In this document: piece by piece, positions 29,805 to 39,574 of the stretch
How the letters are laid out: every line of letters begins with the position of its first letter
Numbering within the stretch: the stretch's first letter is position 1
Assembly (NCBI GenBank): GCA_003649205.1
Contig: QMRC01000008.1
Span: 1 to 64,000 of the forward strand
Reading direction: 5' to 3'
Length of the DNA: 64,000 nucleotides
DNA from: Thermoprotei archaeon
GTDB lineage: Archaea > Thermoproteota > Thermoprotei > Thermoproteales > B15-G16
The notes under the pieces: model-generated
Told to the model about the DNA's origin: nothing
The model's database searches: none
The model's input: only the letters and a program-made list of their open reading frames with translations
Translations under genes and position numbers: made by a program

Positions 29805-30450
29805 AGCTCACACCTCCAGAAGCAAGCCTCTCAACTTGCTCCCTCAACCTATCGACTTCACTTCCCAACCTAGTTATCTGAGTCGTCATCTCTCGTAGTG
29901 TACCGCTTATAGAGTCCATCCTCTCCTGTAACCTACTCAGCATAGACTCTAGCCTCGATACGCTTGCATCAACCTTCTCGACAATATCTGATAGGCTAGA
30001 CACTATTCTAGGGATGTTGCTCATAGCTGTATCACGGGTTAGTGTGGTGACTAGGTTCTTCATCTCGTTCACATCATTGCTCAGAACTGCAAGTGTCTCA
30101 AGTACCTTTCTGAACTCTGCAAAGCTCTCAATACGTTCTCGTACCTCCTCAACAACCCTCTCGGCTACCATAGACGACAACCTCTCACCTGCAGTGCTAA
30201 CTGCCTTCTCCACAGCTACTAACGATACGGACTGTACCGATGACGCTACTGCCTTAGCAACTATATCAGATGTACTCGACTCAACTAGGTGAATCCTCCT
30301 CTCTAACTCACTTACCTTAGCTCTAAGCTCACTAACCTCACTCCTTATCTTCTGTATCTCAGGCTCAATAGCTCTAGCAACAGCCTCAGCAATCACCCTA
30401 ATCGTCTCCTGCACCCTTCTCTGCTCCTCGGGAGTAGGTACCTGACTCAT
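29791..30450 (-). CDS. Long coiled-coil protein
   Basis: Continuous heptad pattern. Confidence 0.75.
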   Translation of the reverse strand: MSQVPTPEEQRRVQETIRVIAEAVARAIEPEIQKIRSEVSELRAKVSELERRIHLVESSTSDIVAKAVASSVQSVSLVAVEKAVSTAGERLSSMVAERVVEEVRERIESFAEFRKVLETLAVLSNDVNEMKNLVTTLTRDTAMSNIPRIVSSLSDIVEKVDASVSRLESMLSRLQERMDSISGTLREMTTQITRLGSEVDRLREQVERLASGGVSFESS

Positions 30451-30452
30451 AC

Positions 30453-30818
30453 CTACTCACGCTCCTTCACACTTGGGTAGAAGTACCTAATGACTTCAGA
30501 TGGTACTGAAGATACGACAACCCTATCAAGTGCATCAACTGGTATGTAGCCAAGTGCATAGGACTTCAGTAACTCACTACCAACCTTCTCCTTCTCTAGG
30601 TGATTTCTCAGCTTTGCAATCATCTGATCTACAATTCTGTGCTCTATACCTACACCAATGAGGAACCCTGACACTAGACCGAATATCACTGCTACGAAAG
30701 GTGTTGTCAGTATTGCTAGCTCTGGTGCTGATGTGTACAGCACTGTGATTAAGACGAAGTAGATAAGTAGTACTGCAATACCTAGCAGTATGAAGATAGG
30801 TACCCTACCAAACTTCAT
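30453..30818 (-). CDS. Two-TM membrane protein
   Basis: Two hydrophobic helices, first gene of the coiled-coil operon. Confidence 0.7.
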   Translation of the reverse strand: MKFGRVPIFILLGIAVLLIYFVLITVLYTSAPELAILTTPFVAVIFGLVSGFLIGVGIEHRIVDQMIAKLRNHLEKEKVGSELLKSYALGYIPVDALDRVVVSSVPSEVIRYFYPSVKERE

Positions 30819-30897
30819 GTATACACCAAAGGTGTTGTCTATACATGAATATTTAAATTCTCTGGTCTATCTCCGTTAAGTACTGGGGTTGAGGAGT

Positions 30898-31008
30898 ATG
30901 TCCTCGTGGTTTGAGGAGGTTAAGAAGAAGCTCAAGCAGAAGGAGAGGGAGAGCGAGCTAGAGGTCATGTTTGGTAGTGAGGAGGGTAAGAAGCTGGATG
31001 CGTGTTGA
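30898..31008 (+). CDS. Small charged peptide (36 aa)
   Basis: GAGGAG RBS before ATG; MSSWFEEVKKKLKQKERESELEVMFGSEEGKKLDAC; overlaps the radical SAM start. Confidence 0.45.
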   Translation: MSSWFEEVKKKLKQKERESELEVMFGSEEGKKLDAC

Positions 31009-31741
31009 GAAGCTAACTGTAGTATTTGAGGTAACGTACAGGTGTCCCTTCTCATGCCCACACTGTTTTCAACCTAAGAACCTGTCGAGAGAGGTATCAC
31101 CTAACGAGTTTCACTTCGTGCTCAATCTCATTAAGAAGGTTACAGACTTCAAACACGCAACAGTGATACTGTCTGGAGGAGAGCCGTGTACTGCACGACA
31201 CCTATCCACGTACATAGATATAGCGAAGCACCTAGGGTATGACGTAGTTCTCGAAACTAGATGGCTACCCCCAATGACAGTACTAGAGCATCTAAAACAT
31301 GTTGTTGTCTCTATAGATTCGTGGAATCTTGAGCTAGGTAAAGCTATTGTCAACTACGTACACAAGCTAGGAGGTAGAGTTGCCGTAAGGACAACACTTG
31401 TTAGGAATGGTCTAAGTACACTGAGTGAAATACTCAACTTCTGCATGAGTAAGAACATCCCACTAGCTGTCGCACCCTACATAGGTACTAACACCGATCT
31501 AAGACCTACAAAGTTCGAGGTACAGAAGGCTCTAGACATGCTGTCAATGTATAGAGAGGTCTACTACATGTCGAACTGCATGGTAGGGAAGTCCATTGTG
31601 GTAGACCCGTACCTAAACGCTAGGTCATGTGTCTTCCTCTTCGATGATGTCATCTCGATAGTTCACTATAGGGAGAAAGCTATTGAGAAGGTACTTCAGG
31701 GTAAAAAGTATAGGTGTATTGAGTATGGATTAGTACCGTAG
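30971..31741 (+). CDS. Radical SAM protein (likely start ATG 30998)
   Basis: EVTYRCPFSCPHC (CxxxCxxC), LSGGEP, VSIDS, C-terminal C..G....VDP......C (SPASM/twitch-like). Confidence 0.88.
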   Translation: MVVRRVRSWMRVEKLTVVFEVTYRCPFSCPHCFQPKNLSREVSPNEFHFVLNLIKKVTDFKHATVILSGGEPCTARHLSTYIDIAKHLGYDVVLETRWLPPMTVLEHLKHVVVSIDSWNLELGKAIVNYVHKLGGRVAVRTTLVRNGLSTLSEILNFCMSKNIPLAVAPYIGTNTDLRPTKFEVQKALDMLSMYREVYYMSNCMVGKSIVVDPYLNARSCVFLFDDVISIVHYREKAIEKVLQGKKYRCIEYGLVP

Positions 31742-32269
31742 GAATGTTGGTACTGCAATTACCTCGACTAGGTACAGCATTACGTAGCCGAAGAGACCTA
31801 GAGCAACACCTAGTACTGCTGAGAGCAGTAGGATGTACCTCGGTTTGTCGAGTGGTAGAAATGTTAGGTGTTTCAGTACTTCCCTCATTATGTACTTAAC
31901 AGATATGCCGTACATGAAGCCCCATAGGAAGATCACTGGATTCGTTACACCTGCAAATACGTATGCCATGATGTACCCTGTAACTAGTGCACACACTATT
32001 GCAGATACCTCATCTACTGCAGTACCTACCATACTTCTACTCTCGACTTGATGTACGTACTTCGGTACTCTAATGGCTACGAGTGACTTACCTAGTGCCT
32101 TGGATATCATGTACATGACTACGTAGTTGTAGCTAACGAACATAGACGCTATGAACTGATTAACCAAGTCATCCCCAGCACAGAGCAACCTTATCGTAAG
32201 TATTGCAAATGCAGTAGCTACAGAGTGATAGAGCCCCAGCACCTTCTCAACAATGTCCTTACTCGACAT
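31730..32269 (-). CDS. Multi-pass membrane protein ending LRY
   Basis: About 5 hydrophobic helices. Confidence 0.7.
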   Translation of the reverse strand: MSSKDIVEKVLGLYHSVATAFAILTIRLLCAGDDLVNQFIASMFVSYNYVVMYMISKALGKSLVAIRVPKYVHQVESRSMVGTAVDEVSAIVCALVTGYIMAYVFAGVTNPVIFLWGFMYGISVKYIMREVLKHLTFLPLDKPRYILLLSAVLGVALGLFGYVMLYLVEVIAVPTFLRY

Positions 32270-32290
32270 TACTGTCCCCTACCTCAGTCC

Positions 32291-32587
32291 CTACTTCTTC
32301 TCACTACTTACCCCTGCTCTTTCTCGGACTAGAGACTTTAACTCTCTAAGCGATATGTCGAGACCTTTCGTTATTGTAGCTATTACATCTTGCATGCAGA
32401 GGCTGTAGTGGTGCCAGAACTCATCTTCGTTCTTAGCTAGCTTCGAAGCTACCTTGATGCAGTACATGAACGCTGGTTTCAAGTACTCAACTGGGTGACC
32501 TATACCGAACTTGTCTGAGTAGTTCTTTGTTAGGTACTCCTCAAGTGCTTTCTCAAGTTCAGAAGCTACCTTCTCTACTGTTGACAT
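32291..32587 (-). CDS. Small helical hypothetical protein
   Basis: 98-aa ORF with a Cys pair. Confidence 0.65.
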   Translation of the reverse strand: MSTVEKVASELEKALEEYLTKNYSDKFGIGHPVEYLKPAFMYCIKVASKLAKNEDEFWHHYSLCMQDVIATITKGLDISLRELKSLVRERAGVSSEKK

Positions 32588-32623
32588 ACATGAGAAAAAG
32601 GAGGAGTGGAGAAATTAAATGTT

Positions 32624-33340
32624 TTAGACGTACTTCACTCTTCTAGTTGATGCTACTGACTTAGCTCCAGCCCTCATCAATATTGCTAGTGCAACTATGA
32701 ATATTATCGCAATGCCGATAGCTACAAACCAGAAGTACGTCACTGGTATGACGTAGACTAGCTGGTAGTAGCCCATGACATCGTAGTCTCTATCTACTGT
32801 GATTGTGAGTGATGGTTCTGTTAGCTCACTTGTGTCGTATGTTAGCTTCTTGAAGACTGCCTTCCTCAGTAGCTCTACCTTGTGCTCCTTCGGATATATA
32901 ATTGTCACCGTCTCAGCCATGTAGATGGTTGCATTGGTGTTTACTGTGTAGTTTAGCTTAGTTGCATTGATGCTCACTATCACGGGTATGGAGTACGTTA
33001 GGTTTGCTAGAAGCCTCACCTTGTGTAGTGTCGTTAGGTTGTACTCAACAGTACCGTTAACTATGTCACTTGGTTTGAAGGTCTTCAGTGCGTACTCACC
33101 AGTTGCTAGCGTTATAATCACTGTGAAGTCCTTGCTGGTGTCGATATCTACAACTGCCCAACCTGTTGAGTTTGTTGTTGCTTCAGCAACCTTCTTACCG
33201 TCCTGATAGACGGCGAGTGGCACACCTGCGACTGCCTCGGTCTTATTCACTACGTGGATGTACACCTTATCTGGTTCTGCAAGTGCAATTGGTACTGCGA
33301 GCACTAGTGCTATTGCTAGCAGTAGCAGTAGGTACCTCAT
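32624..33340 (-). CDS. Type I membrane glycoprotein with a TNxxG beta-sandwich, ending KYV
   Basis: Signal peptide; ATTNSTGWA similar to the giant-protein repeats; TM + basic tail. Confidence 0.8.
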   Translation of the reverse strand: MRYLLLLLAIALVLAVPIALAEPDKVYIHVVNKTEAVAGVPLAVYQDGKKVAEATTNSTGWAVVDIDTSKDFTVIITLATGEYALKTFKPSDIVNGTVEYNLTTLHKVRLLANLTYSIPVIVSINATKLNYTVNTNATIYMAETVTIIYPKEHKVELLRKAVFKKLTYDTSELTEPSLTITVDRDYDVMGYYQLVYVIPVTYFWFVAIGIAIIFIVALAILMRAGAKSVASTRRVKYV

Positions 33341-33395
33341 ACCTCTTCACCACTCCTGATAGGAGTACTAAACCTACTTTTTAATAAGTTTCTTA

Positions 33396-34901
33396 TCAAC
33401 TCCTTATCTTCTCCCTAGGTACTCCGTAACCCATCCAGATGTCCTTCATCTTCAGCTCGATAGCACCGAAGAGAGCGTACTTCTCACACCAGCTCATCAA
33501 GGTCTTCCTCACATCCTCTGGAGTTGGCTCCCTCCCAATAACCTCCCTATACAGCTGAACTACCTTAGCACACATCCCAGCTACACACGGAGTAGCCATC
33601 GAGGTACCCGACATCATGACGTAGTACTCACCTATCTTGAGGGGTAGGTTGTACTCATCGATTAACTGCTCGTAAAGTGAGTACACCGTAACTGGTAGGC
33701 AGGAGACAACCCACACACCTGCACCACAGCAATCAGGCTTAATCCTACCATCTATTGTCGGACCTGCAGAGCTGAAGCTAGCTACTTGATCTAGGTATGG
33801 ATCCATTGCTCCTACGCTAATTACCTTGTGTGCACATGCAGGTATGTTTATCGTGTATGGGAAGATGTAGTTGTTACCCATCGCAACACACACCACGATA
33901 CCTTTCTCAACCAACTTATCGCATGCTAGCGATATTGGGTCACTACCATCACTAGCCTTCGGTATACCCCACGAGAACGAGCACACCTTTATCTTGAACC
34001 TCTCAGCATTTCTGTAGATCCACTCAAGTGCATCAAGTATGATGTCACTAGATGAGTAACCCTCCCTACTAAATGCCTTAACCACAACAAGCTCACTAGC
34101 AGGAGCAAGACCCATGTACCTACCATTACTAGCAACACCCCTAGATGCTACAATACCAGCACAGTGCGTACCATGTCCGTTGCAGTCTATCCAAGGGTAC
34201 TCGGTTAGGTTGTAGGTCTCTACTAGTTGTCTCTCGAATTCCCATGCCTCTTCAAGAGTTCCGTTAACACCCTTAATCCATGTGAGTGGTGTTCCTTCTT
34301 TAGTTCTTACAAGCATTGAGACGAGTACTTTAACTGCATCTCTCAGATCTGGATGTAGGTAATCTACACCGCTATCAACTATACACACTACTACACCTCT
34401 ACCAGTTAGGTACCTCGATCTGTGGTAATCTCGCTTTATGTCACCACTGTATGCTATCGCTATGGGTAGTGTCTCCGTTAGCTCTGACCTAGTCATTATC
34501 ATACCAATCCACTTACTGATAGGTTCTGGGAATGTTGGCTTCATCGAGCCGAAGACCGATATTGAGAATTGAGCTATTGACTTAACCTCATCTAGACTTC
34601 TCGCACAGTACTTCACAATTACTAAATCACCGAACCTCCAAGTCTTCACTATTCGACTTCTATCGAGTTTACTGAGGTTCTCAGCATTTAGGGATATGTA
34701 GACTGTGCATGGGTATGCTGTTGAGTTCATCAGCTCTGGATCAATGTGTGTCAGTAGGTAGCTTATAGATGCTGAGTACCAGAACGCACTTGAGAAACCT
34801 AGGAGTGTACCCACTACAGTAAGCACTGTCACTACTGCTATGTAGAGCCTTCTCCTAGCTCTTACACGTACCTTCCTGTACTCAGCACCTAGGTAGCTCA
34901 T
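33396..34901 (-). CDS. Membrane-anchored subtilisin-like serine protease (S8)
   Basis: Catalytic triad motifs IVDSGVD, NGHGTHCAG, SGTSMATP; oxyanion AMGN; N-terminal TM. Confidence 0.95.
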   Translation of the reverse strand: MSYLGAEYRKVRVRARRRLYIAVVTVLTVVGTLLGFSSAFWYSASISYLLTHIDPELMNSTAYPCTVYISLNAENLSKLDRSRIVKTWRFGDLVIVKYCARSLDEVKSIAQFSISVFGSMKPTFPEPISKWIGMIMTRSELTETLPIAIAYSGDIKRDYHRSRYLTGRGVVVCIVDSGVDYLHPDLRDAVKVLVSMLVRTKEGTPLTWIKGVNGTLEEAWEFERQLVETYNLTEYPWIDCNGHGTHCAGIVASRGVASNGRYMGLAPASELVVVKAFSREGYSSSDIILDALEWIYRNAERFKIKVCSFSWGIPKASDGSDPISLACDKLVEKGIVVCVAMGNNYIFPYTINIPACAHKVISVGAMDPYLDQVASFSSAGPTIDGRIKPDCCGAGVWVVSCLPVTVYSLYEQLIDEYNLPLKIGEYYVMMSGTSMATPCVAGMCAKVVQLYREVIGREPTPEDVRKTLMSWCEKYALFGAIELKMKDIWMGYGVPREKIRS

Positions 34902-35326
34902 AGGTACTTCACCGCTCTAACACTCACTACCTTCCTACCGTATCTGAGCTTGAACATGTCGTAGATTGCCGTTACTACCATCATAGTACCTGCTAGTATT
35001 ACACCGAACCAGAACGGTATTGTGAAGTAGTGTATGTAGAGCATTCCGTAGAGTACCATTGCCATACCTACAATACCTGAAATAGACTCAAATACGTAGT
35101 TAGCTAGTCTGTAGATGCTCTTCTCCACTGGTATAAGTGATCTACCTGTTACTGATCTAGCGACATCATCTAGAGCATCTACACTAGACAGTAGCACTAA
35201 CACAGCAAGTAGTGGTGCTTCAGGACTTGTCATGGTTGCGAAGAACATCGCAACTATGAGAAGGAACACAAAGGTGAAACCATTCAGAGCAGTAACGAGT
35301 ACCCTAGTTAGCAAGTTGATCACCAT
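34898..35326 (-). CDS. Four-TM membrane protein ending KYL
   Basis: Hydrophobic helices, basic tail. Confidence 0.75.
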   Translation of the reverse strand: MVINLLTRVLVTALNGFTFVFLLIVAMFFATMTSPEAPLLAVLVLLSSVDALDDVARSVTGRSLIPVEKSIYRLANYVFESISGIVGMAMVLYGMLYIHYFTIPFWFGVILAGTMMVVTAIYDMFKLRYGRKVVSVRAVKYL

Positions 35327-35359
35327 AAATAAAAAGGGAAGAGAGAAGGATTTAGGTGT

Positions 35360-35821
35360 TTACTCCTTGGTACCGAGCTTAGGTTTTGGTAGCTTTCCGA
35401 GGAAGAACAGTACTGCTAGTACTACGGCACCAGCTATGATTCCAGCTATGATGAGCGACTGCACGAATGTCATTAGGAGGAACTCTGTGTAGCTAGGTGT
35501 TGCATAGTGTAGTGCTAGTGGGAGGTAGCCCTTAACTGATGCACCCCACAGTATCAGTGCTAGACCGAGACCGAGCATGTAGTAGAACGGCTTAATCCTC
35601 TCGTACTTTGCTGGTAGGAACTCACCTATCATGAACCACACTGCAACTGCAAACACTGTCAACCCTGCTAGCAGTGGAGAGACCTTGAGCATTGTAACGA
35701 CTGTCAGTATGATCACTAGTACAACCATGAAGGCAATGAAGCTTAAGTACCTCCTCACTTCCGCTCTTCCTCTCCCTGCCTGCTTCGGCACTACGTAGAC
35801 TAGCTTAGCCATACTCCACAC
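35360..35821 (-). CDS. Four-TM membrane protein
   Basis: Hydrophobic helices; VRRYL just before the first TM. Confidence 0.75.
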   Translation of the reverse strand: MWSMAKLVYVVPKQAGRGRAEVRRYLSFIAFMVVLVIILTVVTMLKVSPLLAGLTVFAVAVWFMIGEFLPAKYERIKPFYYMLGLGLALILWGASVKGYLPLALHYATPSYTEFLLMTFVQSLIIAGIIAGAVVLAVLFFLGKLPKPKLGTKE

Positions 35822-35865
35822 CTAAGTTAAACAGCGACTACAAACATTTAAAGGTTCCACTTCCC

Positions 35866-36441
35866 TTAGAGGTACCTCTCTAAGTAACCGCAGAAACGTC
35901 TTAATCTAGCTCTCTTCACCTTCTTCTCAGTACGTATCTCGTTAATTGTTGCAACTAAGTTGTTGATGATGTGACCAAGCACTGATGCGAGTCCGTAACC
36001 TCTACTCCACATGTACCACGATACTAGAGCAAGGCTTCCGAAGTGAATTAAACCAACGAGAACTACCTTAAGTACTTCCCTTCTCCTACCTCTACTGCTC
36101 GGTACTAGCTCAAGTACACTATCTACCCAACCCCCAATGTGTAGAATAGCCCACAGCACTGCAGTTAACAAGCTGAGCCAAGGGCTCACGAGTAGTGGTA
36201 GTGCAAAGAAGACAATCTCCTCCAGTATAGGTATTGTGAATCCTGACTGAAGTGTAGTTAGTACAGGTGACTCAATTGGTACGTACCACATGTAGGTGAA
36301 CCAGTGCCTAACATCTGACCTCCTAGGTACGTACCCTATCCTCACGAATTTAATTGGGATTTGAGTCAGTACGTTAACTAACCAGTACACTATGAACCAC
36401 TTACACAGCTCAACAGCATTGAGAGAGAACACTAGAGTCAT
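35866..36441 (-). CDS. CPBP (Abi/Rce1, type II CAAX) intramembrane glutamic endopeptidase
   Basis: Motifs PILEEIVF, WAILH, GHIINN in a polytopic protein; ends RYL. Confidence 0.8.
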   Translation of the reverse strand: MTLVFSLNAVELCKWFIVYWLVNVLTQIPIKFVRIGYVPRRSDVRHWFTYMWYVPIESPVLTTLQSGFTIPILEEIVFFALPLLVSPWLSLLTAVLWAILHIGGWVDSVLELVPSSRGRRREVLKVVLVGLIHFGSLALVSWYMWSRGYGLASVLGHIINNLVATINEIRTEKKVKRARLRRFCGYLERYL

Positions 36442-36995
36442 GCTTCAAGTCCCTCACTTCTTGCGAATTCCTTTAGGTCTCGAATCTTTGTCTCGTAGTG
36501 TGGTATGAATACTACACGTAATATCAGCTGTATAAATGCTAAGATCATGAAGGCTAGGTACGTGTAAATACCTGTGTAGGTTAGAGCAACTGTACCACAG
36601 AATAGGTGAATTAGGAAGTCTACAAAGTAGAGAGGTAATGGAATTCTGATCTCAACCTCTTCACTCGGTATTCTAACTCCGTAGATTGCAAATATTATTA
36701 TAAATGTGATGAGTATGTAGCAGTCGTAGAAGATCTTGATGTATGGTGTGATGGCACGTATGTATGCTGGTAATCTAACAAATACACCTCTAAGTGCCTC
36801 GAAGACAATCACTGGTGGGATACCTAGTACAGTGAATGTATGGGTTACTACGAGTAGAAAGTACGCCACAAATGAGAGATTCGCAATTCTCCTGAACCTT
36901 CTCTCAAAGGCTTCAGCTTCTATAGGTGTGAACGTTAATCTAGCTAGTTCCTCAAGCTCTCTCGAAACGTCACCTCTCTCACGTTCTTCAGCCAC
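36438..36995 (-). CDS. Four-TM membrane protein
   Basis: Hydrophobic helices. Confidence 0.7.
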   Translation of the reverse strand: MAEERERGDVSRELEELARLTFTPIEAEAFERRFRRIANLSFVAYFLLVVTHTFTVLGIPPVIVFEALRGVFVRLPAYIRAITPYIKIFYDCYILITFIIIFAIYGVRIPSEEVEIRIPLPLYFVDFLIHLFCGTVALTYTGIYTYLAFMILAFIQLILRVVFIPHYETKIRDLKEFARSEGLEA

Positions 36996-37381
36996 TAGAT
37001 GCTCACCTCCTCACAGCCTGTAGGTAGTGTAACTGGATCTAGTACGAGATCTCCATTTTCATCAGCGTCGGTGACGTCTATGTACCTCCAACCGCTCGAT
37101 CCCTTGAAGTAGCAAGCTACTACACACCTAGTTCTCAAACCTACCTTTCTGAGAACTCTAGCAAATTCGTGCAGTTGCTTAAGCTGGTGTAGAGGTAACC
37201 TAACTACACTTCCTCTACTCGTCTTAACCTCAACTAGGTACACCGTACCTTGCTTAAACACTATGAAGTCAGGTGTACCAAAGCGACACAGCGGTACATA
37301 CGGTAGTCCCCTACTCCTCAATTTCATCTCAAATTTCTTCTCACCCTCTCTACCAATGATCCTCCTAAGTACTCTCTGCAT
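36995..37381 (-). CDS. hjc: Holliday junction resolvase-like PD-(D/E)xK nuclease
   Basis: G...E, TPDFIV, LVEVKT, Q...L..F. Confidence 0.75.
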   Translation of the reverse strand: MQRVLRRIIGREGEKKFEMKLRSRGLPYVPLCRFGTPDFIVFKQGTVYLVEVKTSRGSVVRLPLHQLKQLHEFARVLRKVGLRTRCVVACYFKGSSGWRYIDVTDADENGDLVLDPVTLPTGCEEVSI

Positions 37382-37432
37382 CTAGTACCTATACCTCATA
37401 CTTTAATATATGTTCTATGTGATGTACTCAAT

Positions 37433-37693
37433 ATGGGCTATCGAGCAGTTCTGAGAATTGTCTCTGCGGGAATGTCATTACTTGCAGATACTCTAGACCT
37501 AATCCCTGCTCTGTGGATTCCAGTTCTCGGTGATGTACTCGACCTAGTTACTGTAGTACTGAATCTACTAGCTATAGGCAATTGGGGATTACTCGGCTTA
37601 CTTGAGCTAATCCCAGTACCACTCTTCGATGTTGCACCATTCCACACCCTAGCACACATACTTAGGTCTTTCTTCTCTTCGAAAGAACGTTAG
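37433..37693 (+). CDS. Small membrane protein
   Basis: D.LDLIP...IPVLGDVLD...LELIP...DVAP pattern. Confidence 0.6.
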   Translation: MGYRAVLRIVSAGMSLLADTLDLIPALWIPVLGDVLDLVTVVLNLLAIGNWGLLGLLELIPVPLFDVAPFHTLAHILRSFFSSKER

Positions 37694-38258
37694 TCCAAGG
37701 ATTGTCACGGATGAAGTCAGGTAGATCGCTTAGGTCAGTGCTCTTGCTCTCCTCAGCTAGCTTACCGATATCTCTCCTAATCTCTTCACTAGATAGCTTA
37801 TGTACTCTAGGCTCTACTGAGTAGAGCATTGTCTTCTCTATGAACGATAGCTTACTACGTAACTCATACAGAATCTTCTTAGCCTCAGCCACATCGTAAC
37901 CCATTGACAGCAACTTATCTAACTTCATATTTATCTCATCTAACCTAGCCTTAATCTCCTCCAAATCAAAACCTAGGTAATCCCTCATAGCCTCAATAAG
38001 GACAACAGTCTTGAACTTACCCTCATCATACATCCTCCTCAACCTATACCAATCATTGAGTATTCTATGCATGAGTTCATAGAGTATATCTGTTCTAAAC
38101 ACTTGAGTTGCATATCTCAAGATCCTCATATTTGCTGGATTAGAAACAAAGGTGAAGTAGTATATTGGTCTTTGCCTCAATGATGCAACAGTTCTCTCAG
38201 TTGGCATACTGTGAATTAATACGCAGATTCTCTTTTTAACTAAAACGCTCCATAACAA
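37662..38258 (-). CDS. Hypothetical coiled-coil protein (likely start ATG 38207)
   Basis: C-terminal LPDFIRDNPW motif. Confidence 0.65.
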   Translation of the reverse strand: MLWSVLVKKRICVLIHSMPTERTVASLRQRPIYYFTFVSNPANMRILRYATQVFRTDILYELMHRILNDWYRLRRMYDEGKFKTVVLIEAMRDYLGFDLEEIKARLDEINMKLDKLLSMGYDVAEAKKILYELRSKLSFIEKTMLYSVEPRVHKLSSEEIRRDIGKLAEESKSTDLSDLPDFIRDNPWTNVLSKRRKT

Positions 38259-38313
38259 ACTAAAATGCTGTAATGCAGGTAAAGACTTTTAAGCTTGACT
38301 CTACTACGTATCT

Positions 38314-38652
38314 ATGGGAACTACCATGTCTTTCGATGTTGTTATCTACTCGGTTGCTGGGAGTTTAGTTGCTGGTATCTGTACTGGTATGTTCTTGAGG
38401 TACCTCACAAAGTTCATTCTACTGCTAGCTGGTTTCGTATCCTTTGTCCTTGCTGTACTTGCTTCACTAGGAATTGTTGTCGTTAGATGGGAAGCACTCT
38501 CAACACTAATCGAGAAGATTATCACAGCTCTAGGAGGTTACGCACCAGCCGTACTAACTCTAGGTGTACCATTTGCAGTTGGGTGTATTCTAGGGTACTT
38601 CATCAAGCTACCACTAACTGTAGAAAAAAGAAGGAGAATTAGATACCTTTAA
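38314..38652 (+). CDS. FUN14-like membrane protein ending RYL
   Basis: G...G..LR...KF.L...G.......L...GIVVVRW..L and F.VG..LG pattern. Confidence 0.7.
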   Translation: MGTTMSFDVVIYSVAGSLVAGICTGMFLRYLTKFILLLAGFVSFVLAVLASLGIVVVRWEALSTLIEKIITALGGYAPAVLTLGVPFAVGCILGYFIKLPLTVEKRRRIRYL

Positions 38653-38681
38653 GGAATTGAGCACGTACCTCCTCTAATCAC

Positions 38682-39089
38682 TTAATCAATGACTACTAGG
38701 TACGATGCCTTGAACCCTGTCTCAGTAACTACTTCAACAATGTAGCTTCCCTCTGGTAGGTGCTTACATATCTTCACTAGAGCTACTTCATTCGGTTTCA
38801 CTACTACGTCAATATCCTTGATGAACTGTACTTCCTTGCCTTCTTTATACACGATGACTTGTACTAGGTGTGCACTTACCTTTCCTATGTTTCTCACGTA
38901 GATGTACAGTGTTGAGTCCTTGTAGCACACTGCCTCAATTCTCACGAATTGATTGAATACCTTTGGTATTGCTGATAGCTGTGTCTGTACGAAGCTGGAG
39001 ACAAATGCGAACACCGTCAGCACTAGTATCACTGCTACTAGGCAGTACAGCACCACGCTTAGTGTGTATGAAACTCCTTTAGACCTCAT
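38682..39089 (-). CDS. Archaeal type IV pilin-like protein (class III signal peptide)
   Basis: MRSKG|VS + hydrophobic helix; IYVRNIG; IVEVVTETG. Confidence 0.75.
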   Translation of the reverse strand: MRSKGVSYTLSVVLYCLVAVILVLTVFAFVSSFVQTQLSAIPKVFNQFVRIEAVCYKDSTLYIYVRNIGKVSAHLVQVIVYKEGKEVQFIKDIDVVVKPNEVALVKICKHLPEGSYIVEVVTETGFKASYLVVID

Positions 39090-39157
39090 ACTACATTCCC
39101 TACACCTCTAGTATCTTACAGAATTTTTAAGTAGTTACACATACTGAGAAGTTATGT

Positions 39158-39559
39158 ATGAAGATTAGGAATATCTTACTAACTGTAGTAGCTATACTAG
39201 TTGCTATAGACTACACACTAACCTACATCATAGTTAAGTCTGGTCTAGGTGTTGAGGCTAATCCCTTCACTGCTAGGTTCTTCACACGTGATGTAGACAT
39301 CAGTACTGTCGTCACTCTCTACGTAATGTCTATATCTACTGCCTACACCATGTTGAAGGTACTTGAGCTAGTGTACACGTACCTCGTGAGGCTCCTCAAG
39401 GTTAAGTCGAGCAAGTTCATCGAGTACGTTAGGTTGTTCATGTACATTCAGTTCCTAGGCACAATATCAGTTCTAGAAGCCATCACAGTAGTGAACAACC
39501 TCATGGTGTACCTAGGACTAGGACAACTACACTTTTTAATACATTTGATTAGTGGTTAG
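39158..39559 (+). CDS. DUF5658-like membrane protein
   Basis: D..LT......G..EANP motif; late NN. Confidence 0.65.
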   Translation: MKIRNILLTVVAILVAIDYTLTYIIVKSGLGVEANPFTARFFTRDVDISTVVTLYVMSISTAYTMLKVLELVYTYLVRLLKVKSSKFIEYVRLFMYIQFLGTISVLEAITVVNNLMVYLGLGQLHFLIHLISG

Positions 39560-39574
39560 TGTCGGTGAGTATGT

